Origin: Amphiscolops sp. MND2022
Lineage: Eukaryota
NCBI GenBank assembly: GCA_964187785.1
Contig: OZ076409.1
Location: 40,178,001-40,242,000, forward strand
DNA: 64,000 nt
Reading direction: 5' to 3'
Positions 45,167 to 58,100 of this stretch are shown here, piece by piece. A model generated the notes under the pieces. The model did not search any database and was not told the origin of the DNA. It saw nothing but the letters and a program-made list of their open reading frames with translations. How positions within the stretch are numbered: position 1 is the first letter of the stretch; each line of letters starts with the position of its first letter. Made by a program: the position numbers and the translations under genes.

Positions 45167-48004
45167 TTACAGTATCTTTGTAAGTAGTTTCAGGGGGCTT
45201 TTGTTTGCCTTCATTCTTCTGGTTGGTAAGTGGGCAAATCTTGCATTGAAGTAGTAGATGCTGGCTCTAAATTCGCAACAGGGTCCGCTACCATCGATCG
45301 TTAGGAGGTTGTTAAGTTCTGACTCGACGTCAGCAGCCTCCATCTGGGACATGCCCGTGTCGGGTTCATCTTGGGCAGTCGTGGCGGCACTGGACAGGGT
45401 AAAATTATCGTCAGTCATAGGCTCATCAGGCGGCATGTCGGTGGATAAATTTTCCTGATCACCTTCCGTTTGGGTCTCAGCTTCATCGGGCAATTTCTTT
45501 TCTGGGGGTAGTGAGTGAGAACTGCCAGAGGCAGTTGCATTTATTTCGCCAGTTGCCTTACTCACACTTCCCTCGGGGAGTTCAGGTAGGTCGTCGGACA
45601 GTTCTTGATGCCCATATTGTGCGAATAGGCTTTTGAAGGTTTGGATTCCTCGGACATAGTCTTCGCTCGCCAATTGTCCTCGCTCTTTTTGCCTGCTGTG
45701 CAGTTCGAGGAATATTTCCATCGCGACTCGCGGGTTGCTAGAGACGTTTGCGCTGATTGGCAGCGTCTTTCTGGCTAGTTCCCGCGCCACGGAGTACACA
45801 GTGGTTTTCAAACGTTGAAATACTTGTTGAACTGCTAAATCTACTAGTTCTGGACGTGATTGCAGTATGCGAGCAGTATGGACACGGGGCTCTGCTCGAT
45901 TGCAGTACTTTCGTGAAGTGTCGCATACATACAGGTAGTGCAGCCCGCTGGGCGCTTGACCCTGTTTTCTGCCACCCAATCTTTGCACGATTGTGGATAA
46001 GATTTGCAGGACTACTGGCACATCCCATTCTGCAAAGGAATCTACCGCACCCGTGTGCGGATCTATGGGAATATGCAACAATGCAACCGGATGGAATTCC
46101 ATGGGCATGGGTAGGGCGCACCGCGCACGTGCCCGGATTATTGCCGCGAAATTGTGTTCCACCTGTTTTCGGTCCTTAACCCATGGGGGGTCTCTGATAA
46201 GAAAAATTTCCCACCGCAGTTTGGTAAGTAGGACCCCGCTGGGATCCATTAGTGTTTACAAAGTGCGAGATGGACAAAGTCGGGGCATGCGCAGCAACCC
46301 TTAAGGTTTGTGTGGGGTACCTTAGAGCCATCACTGCGCCGAAGATTGGCCAAATTATGGGGGCGATTAGGGGGATAAGGTCCTCTGTCTCTACTGGCAA
46401 AAGAGTAGCCACTTGGGAGGGGAATAGAAAACCAGGGAGCTGCGTGGGTTCCCAGTTGACTGCAGGGTTTTCATCCAGGGGATGCATGATTCCAGCAGTG
46501 TTAACCCACGTGGAATAGATCCACACAGATTAAGAGGACTTTAATGTTGAGTTCTAGCTGCGCTCTCAATTGCAGAGGACCCAGAGGGTCCAAGGCATTT
46601 AAGATCGCGTACAGCCAGTTTTTATGATTTCGTGCGAACACTAGAACGCTAAAGAGGCACACACTTCCTTTGTGGAACACTAATTTTTGTAGGAGCCCGG
46701 TGGGCTCTCGGTATACTGCCTGTAGGCCAACGGCCATTAGGTACGCCAGAATCTCACTCATTGTGGCATTCTTGATGGCCTCGACGTACAAGCGTAGTCG
46801 CTGTTTGTCCAAATTATATTCCGCCTGCACAAAATCGGGAAGCCAAAATGGAAAGATATCATACAGAAGCACTGGGAAAGATATACCTAGTCGCTCTGCG
46901 ATTGTTTTCGATTCTTGGTGACAGCTGAATCTGGGGCGGTTTCAGCACTAGCTTTAGAGCTTGGTGTGTAGGTTAATTGCTCTGCATTGCTAGGATTGGA
47001 ACTGGGGCCCGTAGTTGGCGGAGTCCCGATAGTATACCGCTACGGGTTTTCTTCCACCGGCGTTGATGGGTTCTCGACCGGTTTGCTCAACGCTTTGGTC
47101 GGCGCTCCTGGTTGCACATATCCACTCAAAAAGGGATTTCGGTCTTCGCTACTGGTCAGTACATGGGAACCCAGAGGGTCTCCGCAGATCTCTGGTTTTC
47201 GGGGGGTCGCTATTGGAGTTGCGATGTTGCAGTCTTGAGTGAGGGCTTCTCTGCTGGTGCTTGGTTCGCATATGGGCCTATTATTGGAGTTTGGCCAGTC
47301 ATCCGAACTGTAGTCAGTGACTTCCAGGGGAGGCCATGCATAACTTTGCATTGTATTTTCAGCACCATCCGCTGGATTGGTACTATCTGGTGAAGCTCGC
47401 GACGAATTAGGCTGGCTTCCTGCAGCTACTATCTCCATGTTTTGTTCTGAATTGGGAATATAGTCAGACATGAATTCTGAAAATTTGTTCATGGTCGGGT
47501 GCTCATTGCATCTCCAGGTCGTGCATTCACTTCGCCCGATGTTTCGATCTCGCTAGCGAATGGATTGGTGTTGTGGGACCCGTTTGATTCCCAGGACGCT
47601 TCGCTTGAGGGATTTATGGATTCCCTTTCCGTCCAGTTCATTTTGGTTACGAGTTTGTCGCGAGCAATTTCTCTGGTTGATAATGACTCGCCCACTCCCT
47701 TCCCCTTGCGAAATGGGAAGTTGGAATGGAAGGTGGAGTGGATTGGATCTGGGATGAAGGCTGCTTGAGGAAGTTTTATTCTCTGAGAGTATGGCGGAGT
47801 AATAGGGTTATAAGTTTCCGATGGTGTCTTCCTTGTGGATGGGATCGAGCTAGATGAGGGTTTTGTTAGTGCTGGAATGGATACTACGTGCCTATTCACT
47901 AACAGAAAATGCGGTTCGCCCTTGGGGGTAGGCGGACTACAAAACGGACGAGACAAAAAAAGTTTTTTTTTTGTGTGTGTGAGTATTTTTGAAGATAAGA
48001 ACAC
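45167..48004 (-). CDS. Chain of ORFs of unknown function inside the non-autonomous LTR element (possibly one broken gene)
   Basis: Overlapping or adjacent minus-strand ORFs 47489-48004, 47040-47492, 46501-46872, 46176-46526 and 45167-46249. No RT, integrase or protease motif recognised. Confidence 0.45.
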
Positions 48005-50715
48005 TAAACTACGAACTAGTTGTAAAACTACGTTTCTACCCAGCCGTTGGCTGTGCCACGGGTTTTAACAAAAAGTTTTAATACTTCCTACGGACTTGCT
48101 GTATTATTTAGGTAACGAGAGTTTGGCGAGGTGGGGTTTGATCCTCTTTTCTCATTGTTTACTTTCAAACGGGGCAGCTCGAATTGGGGAAGTGGAAAAG
48201 GAGTTTGGCGTGGACCTTAGGGTAAGTATGGACAAAAGCACTGAGTTTTAAACCGATTCCTGACTGCAAGCTACAAAGCAGTCGGGTCAAGGGTGTTCTA
48301 ACACTATGGACGTTACTGGTCTGCTATGTTGTTTTTTTATCTAGACGCTCTGCGTCTGAAGTCTATACCTCGAATGTGTCAATAGAAGCACTGCAATACC
48401 CTTTGGGTACTCAGGGTTCTAAACCACTACCCTCACAACAAACAATTTACACTTGGATGACTTTGGGAGTGGTTTGAAGGCAAATCTTGATTTTCGGTTT
48501 TTCGATTCTATGTCTCGTAGACCGTTTTCTCTGAGACGCGAGATCTTAGGGTCTGTTTAGCACTAAATAAAACAATTCCGCAGGACGTGCGGAGCATGCC
48601 TGGTATGCTGGGAGGTCGTCTGGGGCCTCACTGGCACGTATACGGACAAAAAGTGCGCAAAATCACCAATTTTTTTGTCAATAGACAACTCCGGGGAAGA
48701 TGAAATTCAGTTCTAGGGCTGCTAGCGACCTGAAACTTTTACACCGTTTAGTATACGAGCTAAATCGTGGGGAATTACCCTCCGATTGTGCCAAAATTGA
48801 CTCTGTGGATGTTGCGGTCAAATAACAATGTTCACTGAAAAATTGACTGTGTCGTGAAATTCACAAAAGTTAGTCAAACTCGCCTTCTAGGCGTCTTAGC
48901 TCCCTGAAATTTTGTATGCGAGCGTAAGTTATGCTCACGTAACAGGAATTCATAGTTGCGAGGTACCTGGGTTAATACCTGGCGATCCGATGTGACAAAA
49001 CTATGATGTACCCGAAGTACCACTTTTTCGGGTTAAATTTCACAAAATGTCAATTTCTCAGCGTTGGCCAGCCACTGGCTGCTCAAATTGCACAAATCGT
49101 CGGATTATACTGCCGTACGTACTAAAACGAAAGAACTTTAGTGCTGGGATACCTGCAAGGTATTGCACTATGCTCAACTAAAATTCGCTTTTTTTTGGCA
49201 ATTTGTGCGTTTTTTGAGCAAAAGTGTGGCTAAGATTTTTTCACGGGTAATGACAGTAACACCACCAAAATCACGCTACTAGCGTAACTTTTTGCGCTCT
49301 ACACGATGGTGCAATCTGTTTTTGGTTTTTCTTGATAGGAGAGATTTCGACTTGTTGAAAAAATGTGATTGCCGAATTCCCAAAATGTCGCAAAAAGCAC
49401 GTTTTCGACTATTTCTCAGCAACCACTGCTCGGAATCACTCGTGGTTTTCTGCGTTAGCAACGCTACACTCTATATTACCAGAAAATAGGCGAGTGAAAC
49501 TTAGTAGGTTTCAAAATAGGTTTCTCATTTTTTTTTCAAATTGCGATTTTTACACTATCGGAACGGTGCTGAAAATACGTATTTTCGTTAAGAACTTGCT
49601 GTTTCTAGGACGTCCGAATGGTTTTATCAGTAGTGTAAGAACGTGTAATAACTTTACTCAGGGGACTGGGGTCTTTTCAATAATTAGTTTAGTTTCAATA
49701 ACACTCAGGCCTATGGGGGTCCTCTACTCAGGTCTATTTGTACCAAAAGAAAAGGACCGATAAAGTTTCAGTAAATATGGGGTTTGCTAAAAACCAGCTT
49801 GGTAGTAGTGTTCCGTACTATCAAACTCGACAACAATTTTTTTGGGCTGCTCAAAGGCTTGGGGAGTGATGTTCAAGGCTTCGCCCTTGCCAAATTTGGT
49901 CAAAATGGCCAAATTCGACGATTTTTCAACAAAATTTGTTAAATTTTTCGTGTTTTTTCTGAATTTAGCCCAACAAAAGGTTTTGTTTCTAATCTAGTAG
50001 GTCTGTTGGAACGTGTTTTTAGTATTCCCACTGGCCGTATTCAGTTCTATAAAGTTTTGACTGTCAAAAGAGCAAAAGTTGAGATTTCAGTTATTTAGGG
50101 TGTTATTTTTGAGGTTTTTGCACTAAACATTTGTAACAACTGGTCTGAGCACCCACTGGGTGTTTTTTAAAGTTATTTTACGTAGGAATAGGCCTGGGAA
50201 TATACTTTTTGGGCTGAAAAAAGAGAAAAATGGAAATGTAACCCGATTGATGTGGGTTATTGATGTGGGATTGATGTGGGTACTGCAATCACAGGGGTGT
50301 TGGAGGTGTAGTCGCGTAGGACGTCACGTCTTCGTGTCAGCTAGCGTGAACTTTCACTACACGTCCTCTCCGTCCCCATACATGGCAAATTTGCTGAAAT
50401 GAGGCTACAAAACCCTTTAAAACCAGTTGCGGATAGGCTGGATTGACTTTTTCAATAGGTATAATCAAAATACAAGGTGTACACTGTTTGAAACCGTCTA
50501 TTTCTGGGTCTAGACCCCGGAAGCATGCAGAAAACGCTGTAAAAACGCTAGTACAAAGACCAAAGGGCTAGAAAAAGATAATAAAAATAATCTAGGACCC
50601 TCTGAAAAACTTCTCCTAGATCCAGACCTAACATGGCCGGAAAGCAGGAGTTGCTCCTAGTTAGACGTAAAAATGAAAAATATCCCTCTGTGGTCGCCAT
50701 AAAAACTATTCCAGA

Positions 50716-51422
50716 TGTAACGACCGGCTAGCGACGCACATCTACGAAGACGGACAATGCCCAGCGTGCTTGAACAGGAGACCGTTGTCCTACTACATCC
50801 ATAGACACTAGTTTTTGTTCCCAGAATGGTCTCCTAGGAGGACTTTTCTTTCGTCACAGGAGGCTCCTCTAGTTAGAGCTCCAAGGCGACGTGCCGCCAC
50901 TCTCAAAGTCCGGACACGTCCCACAAGCCTGTAAAAACGAATCCTAAGGTTTCTAGCGTGTTCCCGTGCCTCCTACTTACTTCCGAGGTCCAAAAACTAT
51001 ATTTAGCTGAAATACATTATATTTCGGGAACAAGAATTAAAATGAAGACCTACTAGGTCAAACATTATTCAAACTCTCAGCAAATAGTAATAAAGCACAG
51101 GGATAAGCCCCAACAACATTGCACTTTAGGGTGATGGTCAGTTTGGCTTCTGGCATGTTTCATCTTTGGGCATTCTCCCAGAGAGATGGTACATTCCGTC
51201 GGTTTTGGGTCTTTTGACATCACTTCATTCTTTCTTGCGTTTGTCTTCATCTTCTCTGACCTTCTTTTTCTTCTTTCGTTCTTTTTTACTCTGTCTCCAC
51301 ATGGCTTCTTTTTTTGTTCATTTTCCCGCACCTGTTAGGTCGGCCATTTTTTTGTACAATTATGATATCGCACACTTCGAATTTTTCATTGAAATCTCGT
51401 CATGCCAGAGACTGACGTTACA
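50716..51422 (-). repeat. Intact (5') LTR of the non-autonomous element
   Basis: TGTAAC...GTTACA termini; matches 27010-27051 plus 44016-44664 with scattered substitutions. Confidence 0.9.
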
Positions 51423-51476
51423 TTTGACCTTCCAAAACAACTTTTAAAAGTTGTACATGTTAGTTATACATGTTAG

Positions 51477-52948
51477 TGTTACGACATGCTATCGAGTCGT
51501 TTTGAGTTGAACTTATCCTCACTGACTTTGTAGGGGTATAAAAGTTTCTAGTCTCCTCTTCTACTTCTTCCTCAGTATTTTCCCTGATACTTCCCCTTGT
51601 TTCAGGTTTTAGTAGTTTCAACATCTCTCTCTGGGATTCGGCAAGAAGAGTCTTAATTTCCGATGTTATCTCATCTTTCAAGGATGCCCTTAAACTCTCC
51701 AAGAAACTATTTTCAATTCGAGGAGATTTTGGTTTGGAAGGACCCGACACGTCTACGTCCTGGTTTGAAGAACACGGATTTTCTACCACTATCGGTGAAA
51801 TAAAACCTTCACTTACGTCCTTGTCGCCTTGTTGCTCATTCCTTCTTTTCTGGCTTCTAGTTGTAGACATTTTGAAGAAAAGCTTTATCTTGAAGAATTG
51901 ATTTTTCCAAAGCTAATTTTCAACAAAGTTAGCTGAGATTAGAGTTTAGCGAAATTGAGAATTCAACTGAATTAAACAATTGCAAAAGACTGAGTCCCTG
52001 AGTCAATGAAAATCATCCTATATATACCCTCCTAGCATCATTTGATCACGATTAAAATCCTAATTTTCCTCGAACAATTAGTCATTTCCTGTATTTTCGA
52101 TGAAAAAATCATTTTGTTCCCAATTTTACGTCGATAACTCGTCAATTTTTGAGACACGACAATTTCAATCTAGCATTAGTCATCAACCACGATCATATCA
52201 TTTCAGCTCGGCGTCCTTTGCTTTCCTCCCAAGCAGGAAGTAGATATTACTTCAGTCTGTCAAACCGGAAATGATTCCCTGTTTTACTGCTTTGGTTCGT
52301 AGGAAAATGACGCGGAGGTGACGCTGACGTGAACAACTAATACCTGATTTTGAATTTTTACTTGAAGGAAATGCTATGACTAATGTTTTCAGCTTTGGAA
52401 TTTCCAATGATGCTAGGAAAAGTAAAGACAAAGCTATGGAATTAGCTTCAATTTTTGAGTTGAATTCCCAATTCAGATAAATAGTAATTAAACCAAATTA
52501 ACGTAACACCAACGTTTACATTAGAAAACTAGAATGATTTGGCAACAGCTCTTGGCTACTACAAAATTGGCTGAAAAGGTGGACGGAGCTATGACGTATT
52601 AAAATCAAAGGTATTAACGAGTATGAATTTCATAATTGAATTCATTCGTACTCGAGTTTAAACTTTGACGTCTTAACGTCGTTGGACCGAACTAATAAAA
52701 GTGAAACAGTCAGTTGCCAAAAGTGGTATGAAAATGATCACAATGAGATGTATAAAAACAACAACAAGCACAATTATATTGGGGGAGAAATACGAACATG
52801 AATATTACAAAAATATGACCTCATTATTAAAATATAATCTTTGCTGGTTCATAGCCCATAACTTTTCAGATACGTCAGGTTGACGTCAGGTTACACACAA
52901 TCATATTTATGGTCTGCTTCAAACAGCATAAAATGTACATTAATAGCA
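51477..52948 (-). repeat. Probable 3' LTR of the Gypsy element, containing a gag-like ORF start (51870-51477)
   Basis: Minus strand reads PPT AAAGGGGGAA (52958-52949), then TGCTATT...CGTAACA. ORF MSTTRSQKRR..ACRN runs to the CA end. The second LTR is outside the window, so the ends are unconfirmed. Confidence 0.6.
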
Positions 52949-53861
52949 TTCCCCCTTTGGAATAAACTGTGACTTTAATTATGAAGAACATGGAAATCCT
53001 AATCGGGTCATTTTACAATGTGATTCCAAAAGATTAGTATTTTTATTGACGGGAACAGGACGTAAATTATCAAGTTTTATCCTTAACCTCGTAGAGTTCT
53101 AAAACATCTTTAAACGTTTCTTTTCCGTCAAATCCGACATATTAATATTCATTCTACTGAATTGGATGGATTAAACCGACTATTTTGATGGATTTCGGAC
53201 GTAACGTGGACGTACGTATTAAGATTGGCTATAGACCGCCGGCATTGGACGTAACGCGGACGTAAATTTGAAGTAAGAATTAGTCCGCGCCGAGAAGGCA
53301 ATACCGTGACGTCACTATGGCGGAAAATTGGAATGATTTTAAGTAGTGTCACTAATATAGGCGGTAAATTGGAATGGTTGTCTAGTGAGCGCGGACGGAA
53401 CGGTGACGTCACATTATATACTTTCAAGTCTGCTTCTTACCGACGCCTAATATACATGTATCCTTTATTTTGTTTACGTAGCGCAGTGCCGACGTCCTAA
53501 TCCGCACTAATTGCTGTTCAAAGTGCAATTAAGCCGCCTTTCTTAGAAAAGGATTATATATTTCAGTGTGTCATCTCAATGTACTTTCTATTTTAGATCC
53601 AGATAATGTCCTTTTTCCAGTGGTGATTTTGGGTATGTTTTCGTTTAGATCGGTCTATGGTCTTTATTTCAAGACGTATACTTAATTAAGTTTTCAGGTG
53701 GCGAAATGTTTCTATTTTGACGAGATGAAAACGTCCTGCCGGAAGTGTGTGAAATCATTTTAGCTCATTTTAGTTTCTGTTCTCATTTTCATTTAAACTT
53801 TTGCGCAAGCTAGACGTACTTTTAGTCACAGTTTATTCTAACATTAGTATGAAAGTTCAAG

Positions 53862-54686
53862 TCAGTAGCCAAAATACCTTTTCGAAAGTTTCGCTGTACA
53901 GCCGTGTCCTCGTCCGAACCCAATCCGTCTACATCCACAATCCAGTCCGGGAGCGGACTGTGACAGGGCCACTGTCATGGGTCGTATAACTCTCCCGGGT
54001 TGACAAAACTGGAACGGCTGATATTGATTGTTTTCTTTGTCGTCTCCTGGATTACGTTTCGTTGTCGCTGACCGTATTGGTGCTTGCTTTTCCAAGTCAT
54101 TTAGTGGGCTAATCGGACGTGGAATTACTCTCTTCAGTGGGCCTGGGGGTGTCTCGAAAAGAGAAATATTGTCTTCTTCCCTGTGGATTTCCTCCAAATA
54201 TTCGTTGATAATGCAGCTCGTGATCGATTGTGGGCTTGGTGCACGATGTCCTTCCACCACGAACACATCAGGGTTCGATTTATTGTCGTCCTCTTCCTGT
54301 TCATCCGGACTGTCTGGACTCTCCTTCATTGAGCTGTATTCGGACTTCGGCGAAGCGTTGTTAAGTTCTCCTGATTCTAGGGATTCGAAAGACAAACTCA
54401 GCCGCATCCTCTTGCAGTCCGCTTCTAACGAATCCGCCGAGATGTCGAAATACTCTTCTTCGTCAGCTACTGCTCTGGCGGATGAATTTGAAACATTTAG
54501 GATGACTCTAATATTGGGTAGTGACCCACTGGGAAGGGGAGTTGATGATCTCTCCGACGCCTCTGTTCCGTCTTCACTATCTGACGAGATGTCTATTAGC
54601 TCGTATATTTCCAGTAGATGGGTCATTTTCTTCAAGAAATTCTTCCTTTCTTTGCAGCTGACTTTTATCTTTTGATTATTCCTCAA
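53862..54686 (-). CDS. Acidic Ser/Pro-rich ORF of unknown function in the Gypsy 3' region
   Basis: 274-codon ORF (first ATG: MTHLLEIYE); low complexity; no domain recognised. Confidence 0.45.
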   Translation of the reverse strand: MRNNQKIKVSCKERKNFLKKMTHLLEIYELIDISSDSEDGTEASERSSTPLPSGSLPNIRVILNVSNSSARAVADEEEYFDISADSLEADCKRMRLSLSFESLESGELNNASPKSEYSSMKESPDSPDEQEEDDNKSNPDVFVVEGHRAPSPQSITSCIINEYLEEIHREEDNISLFETPPGPLKRVIPRPISPLNDLEKQAPIRSATTKRNPGDDKENNQYQPFQFCQPGRVIRPMTVALSQSAPGLDCGCRRIGFGRGHGCTAKLSKRYFGY

Positions 54687-54739
54687 TGAATTCAGGATTA
54701 ATTAGGATTAAGGAGAATATTGGGATAAATCCCTCTATT

Positions 54740-55080
54740 CTGATTGGCTATTCAATCATTTTAATCCTTTTCAATCCCCAGGTGTTGACGTTATTCCGGC
54801 GCCGCTTTTTATTGGCTGCAAATTAAATTAATCCGCTTAGCCAAGATTGTCAACGTTATGCTGACGTCATTTTCGTTAGCTTAACTAACTTTTAATTTGT
54901 CACCGTTATGATGACGTCATTATAGGTTATAGGATTAATAACCCAATAACCTTTTTGTCGACGTTATGCCGACGTCAATTTCGCTGATTTTTAATCAACT
55001 TTTTGGTACTGGCGTTATGCCAGCGTCAATTTCATTGGTGGCTTGCCAACTTTAAGTTTTGTCACTGTTATAATGACATC
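54740..55080. promoter_or_regulatory. Probable divergent promoter with repeated CRE-like (TGACGTCA) and CCAAT motifs
   Basis: TGACGTCA near 54864 and 54913, several GTTATG..ACGTCA variants, ATTGG near 54744 and 54811; lies between head-to-head ORFs. Confidence 0.45.
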
Positions 55081-55137
55081 AATTTTGGTTGTTGTCTTCA
55101 TCTTCAGGTTTGTTTTCAGATTCTGAGCTATTTGACG

Positions 55138-58100
55138 ATGGATTCGCGTCCCACTGTCTCTTCAGTTGATCCCGGGGCCCAGAATGGTCACGAGACTCAA
55201 TACATGTTCTCGGAGGGAGACATGCGTCAGAGTGACGCGGATGACATTCGACCTCGGGCTGTTGGTGAGTACTTCATTCCCTGATCCATTAAGCTTTTGT
55301 GAATAATACTACTACCAGATAGGCCTTTTCTGATTCATATTTTCACAGCTTAGGTTTTCTTGACGCGTCGATGCTGGGAATGTACCTTTTCTTTTCTAGA
55401 GCCCAAGGTGATGACTACTCCTCTTGCTGGTGCTGAAGTGGGCGTTCCTCCTGCGACCATTTCTCCTGTGACGCCTTCTGCTGAGCTCGAGAGTGTTCCT
55501 TGTGGGTCGTCTGCTGCTGTCCCTGCTGGTGGAGAAACCCCTGTCGCGTCAGGTTCGAGGCCTGACGTCAATCTTACGGGCTTGCTCTCTGGTTCTCCTT
55601 GCGGAGGCGAGGTAGTATCCCCCACCGGAGAGAAAGATGACGTCTTCGGGGCGGAATCTTCAGGAGCTGGGATCCTTGGGCAGACCTCCAGCTCACCTCA
55701 ATTGACTCCTTTCCTGACTGGGTTCGGGCAAACGTTCGGAGGACTGACGCCTTCCGAATCCAGGAAAAGAGGTAAGGTTGACGTATTTTGTTTGGTCTTG
55801 AAGTATTTCCCTGTTTGATTGTTTGGTGATACATGTTGACGTTATAGTTGCGTCCACTGCTGCAGAAAGGGCTGGGACAGGCTCATCTGGAAAAAGGAAG
55901 CGTCAGGTGCGCGTGCAGACGGCGAATCTGCAACTCGCGCAGCTTACTGTGAGCGGTAATAAAATTTTTCATTCTTGGGTGTTGGGTAGGCTATTAGATA
56001 GGCTATTCGAATGTGACTTTGGTTTGTATCGTAGAATCTGGAGATTGTGCCGCTCAAGGGATTTTTGGTGCTAGTGACTTGGACGTGGCCCGGGCGGAGC
56101 CTTCTGGAGTTGGTCCCGTACTAGCAAGTGAGTTTACCTTGTCATGACTGTAGTCGTTATCTGCATCACATTGAAGTGGGTTCTGTAGTGTACATCTAGG
56201 CATTTGTTGGTTGTGCTAGTTCTGTAGGTATAGTCTGGTTAGTGCTAATCCGTCGTTATGTCGTTTTGTAGGAATGCAAGATCTGGTGTCTCGGATGGAG
56301 AGCAGTTTGGATGCGGTTGCTTTGCGTGAGACCCCCGTCAAGAAGTACAGCAGCCGTCATCATCTGCGAAAAGATATGGTGGGGGACCATCCCATCTTCA
56401 GTCTGTTTGTCAGTGGAGCCGGCAACGGGTCGGCCACTCACTTCCACTGCATGATTTGCAAGCGGGATGTCTCCATGCAGTCACGCGGGTCAAGGGAGTT
56501 CGTCCGCCACTACTCCGGCGATCGCCACTGGACTCGAGATGTGGCCTACCGGGTTCAGCAAGGTCTGCCAGTGTTCGATCAGCTGATGAATCCTCTCGAG
56601 CTGACGTCAGACCAGCGGGCCGAGTACCTGGGTCAAGATGCAGTGGAGAAAGATGAGGGGTTCAGTTTCCCTGAGGACTTGCTGCCGTCTTGTACTCGGG
56701 TGGACTCGACGATTTCTCTGCTGACAATGGTGAACTGTGTGGCAGAGCTATGCAGGTGGGGTGGTAGCTACGTTTTGCTCCGCAAGCTGTGGGGCAATTT
56801 CCGTGCCACTCTGGGGCCTGACAATCCCCTATACAATCTTCACTGGAATCGTCCTGAGACACTGGTTAGTAATCCTCATAGAGATGAGTTGTGTTGTTTT
56901 TCCTCATCATGTGCCTGTTTCTTTTGTATGTGGACGTCTTGTGGTCGGCGTAGGTGGGTTTGTGCATCTATTGAGTGAGTTGGTGCGTTTGTGTTTTAGT
57001 CGTTGATTTGTCGTGCTCTCTTTCCTCGTGTCCTGCGCTCCATCATCTCTCGCGTGACGACCTTCAACTGCTACAGTGTGCGGTTTGAGGAGCATGCCGA
57101 TGGCCAGTACTGCTTCGTTTCAACTTGGGAGGGCAATACTTTGCTGGGCGTCTGCATCAATGTCGAGCCCTTGGGTCAGCGAGTGCCCCAGTCTGAACTG
57201 TCGTCACTGTCGCGCATCGTCACCAGTCTGTCCTCAGCTTCTCTCCCTATCAGCATTCGTGGTGCCAGTCCATCCTTCCTGCGGGTAGTCAACGACGAAC
57301 GCAGTGACGGGCATCGTTTGGTGTATGCTCGGGAATTCTCCTCTGATGTGTTCCTCCACTGCTATCGAGTTGCCCATCAAGAGATCTTCGGGATGTTAGA
57401 AGTCACCACCATGGTCGACTTCTTGATGGTGCGTCTTCGTGGGGCTTTGCAGGAGCCCTGGATGGAGGACCTTCCCGAACTTCGCCGTTGTGTGGTCGCT
57501 GGAAAGGTGACGTTCGCCGAACTGCGTGGTGTCGTGGCTGAGCTGGTCTCCATTTGGGATACCGTCCGGGAGTACGTTCGGTGCGCTGGTCCCCGACACA
57601 TCAAGAGCGAGGCTGACAAGGTGGGTATAGTTTTGTTTCAGGGTGCTGTTTTGTATTCTTGCGGTGGGGTGTCGTCTCTCTGTGGGTTTGGCGAAATAGT
57701 CATCTTGTTGTTGTTATTTAGACGCGAGGCACAGACACGCTCGTCTACTCCGAGACGACAAACAAACTGCGACTGGGAATGCTGCTGCACGTTCTGGATC
57801 TTTGTAAGTTGTACTTTCCTGTGACTTTCTTTCGCTATTCTTGGTTTTTGGTTGTTTTTTTTTTGTTGGCATCGTAGCTCGTTTGGTATGCTATGTGGCT
57901 GATCGTCGTCGTCATCGGGTTGTCGTTTAGGTATCATAGTCTTGGTAATATGTGTACAGCCGTCTGTTGTGTTTAGATCATTGCACTTTCGTCAAACAGA
58001 AGGCCGGACGTAGTGACTACGCCTTTCATGCCTACAGTGAAGTGTGTCAGTTCGTGTACTGCTTGCTCATCCGCAGTCGCAAGGTGTCCAGTCTGCCTGC

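Larger units (their letters stand above)
26671..51422 (-). mobile_element. Non-autonomous LTR element (about 0.7-kb LTRs, about 6-kb internal region without gag-pol); its 3' LTR is split by element B
   Basis: Intact LTR at 50716-51422 (TGTAAC...GTTACA). Second LTR = 27010-27051 plus 44016-44664. Polypurine tract GGGGAGGA (minus, 44672-44665) abuts the LTR. PBS-like TGGCGACCACAGAGGGA (minus, 50699-50683). 26692-27009 duplicates 50398-50715. No convincing TSD. Confidence 0.8.

Noticed and set aside
26671..51422. DIRS/Ngaro-type split direct repeats
   Set aside because: TG...CA termini, an adjacent PPT and a PBS-like motif fit an LTR element; no RT or intact tyrosine recombinase lies in its internal region.
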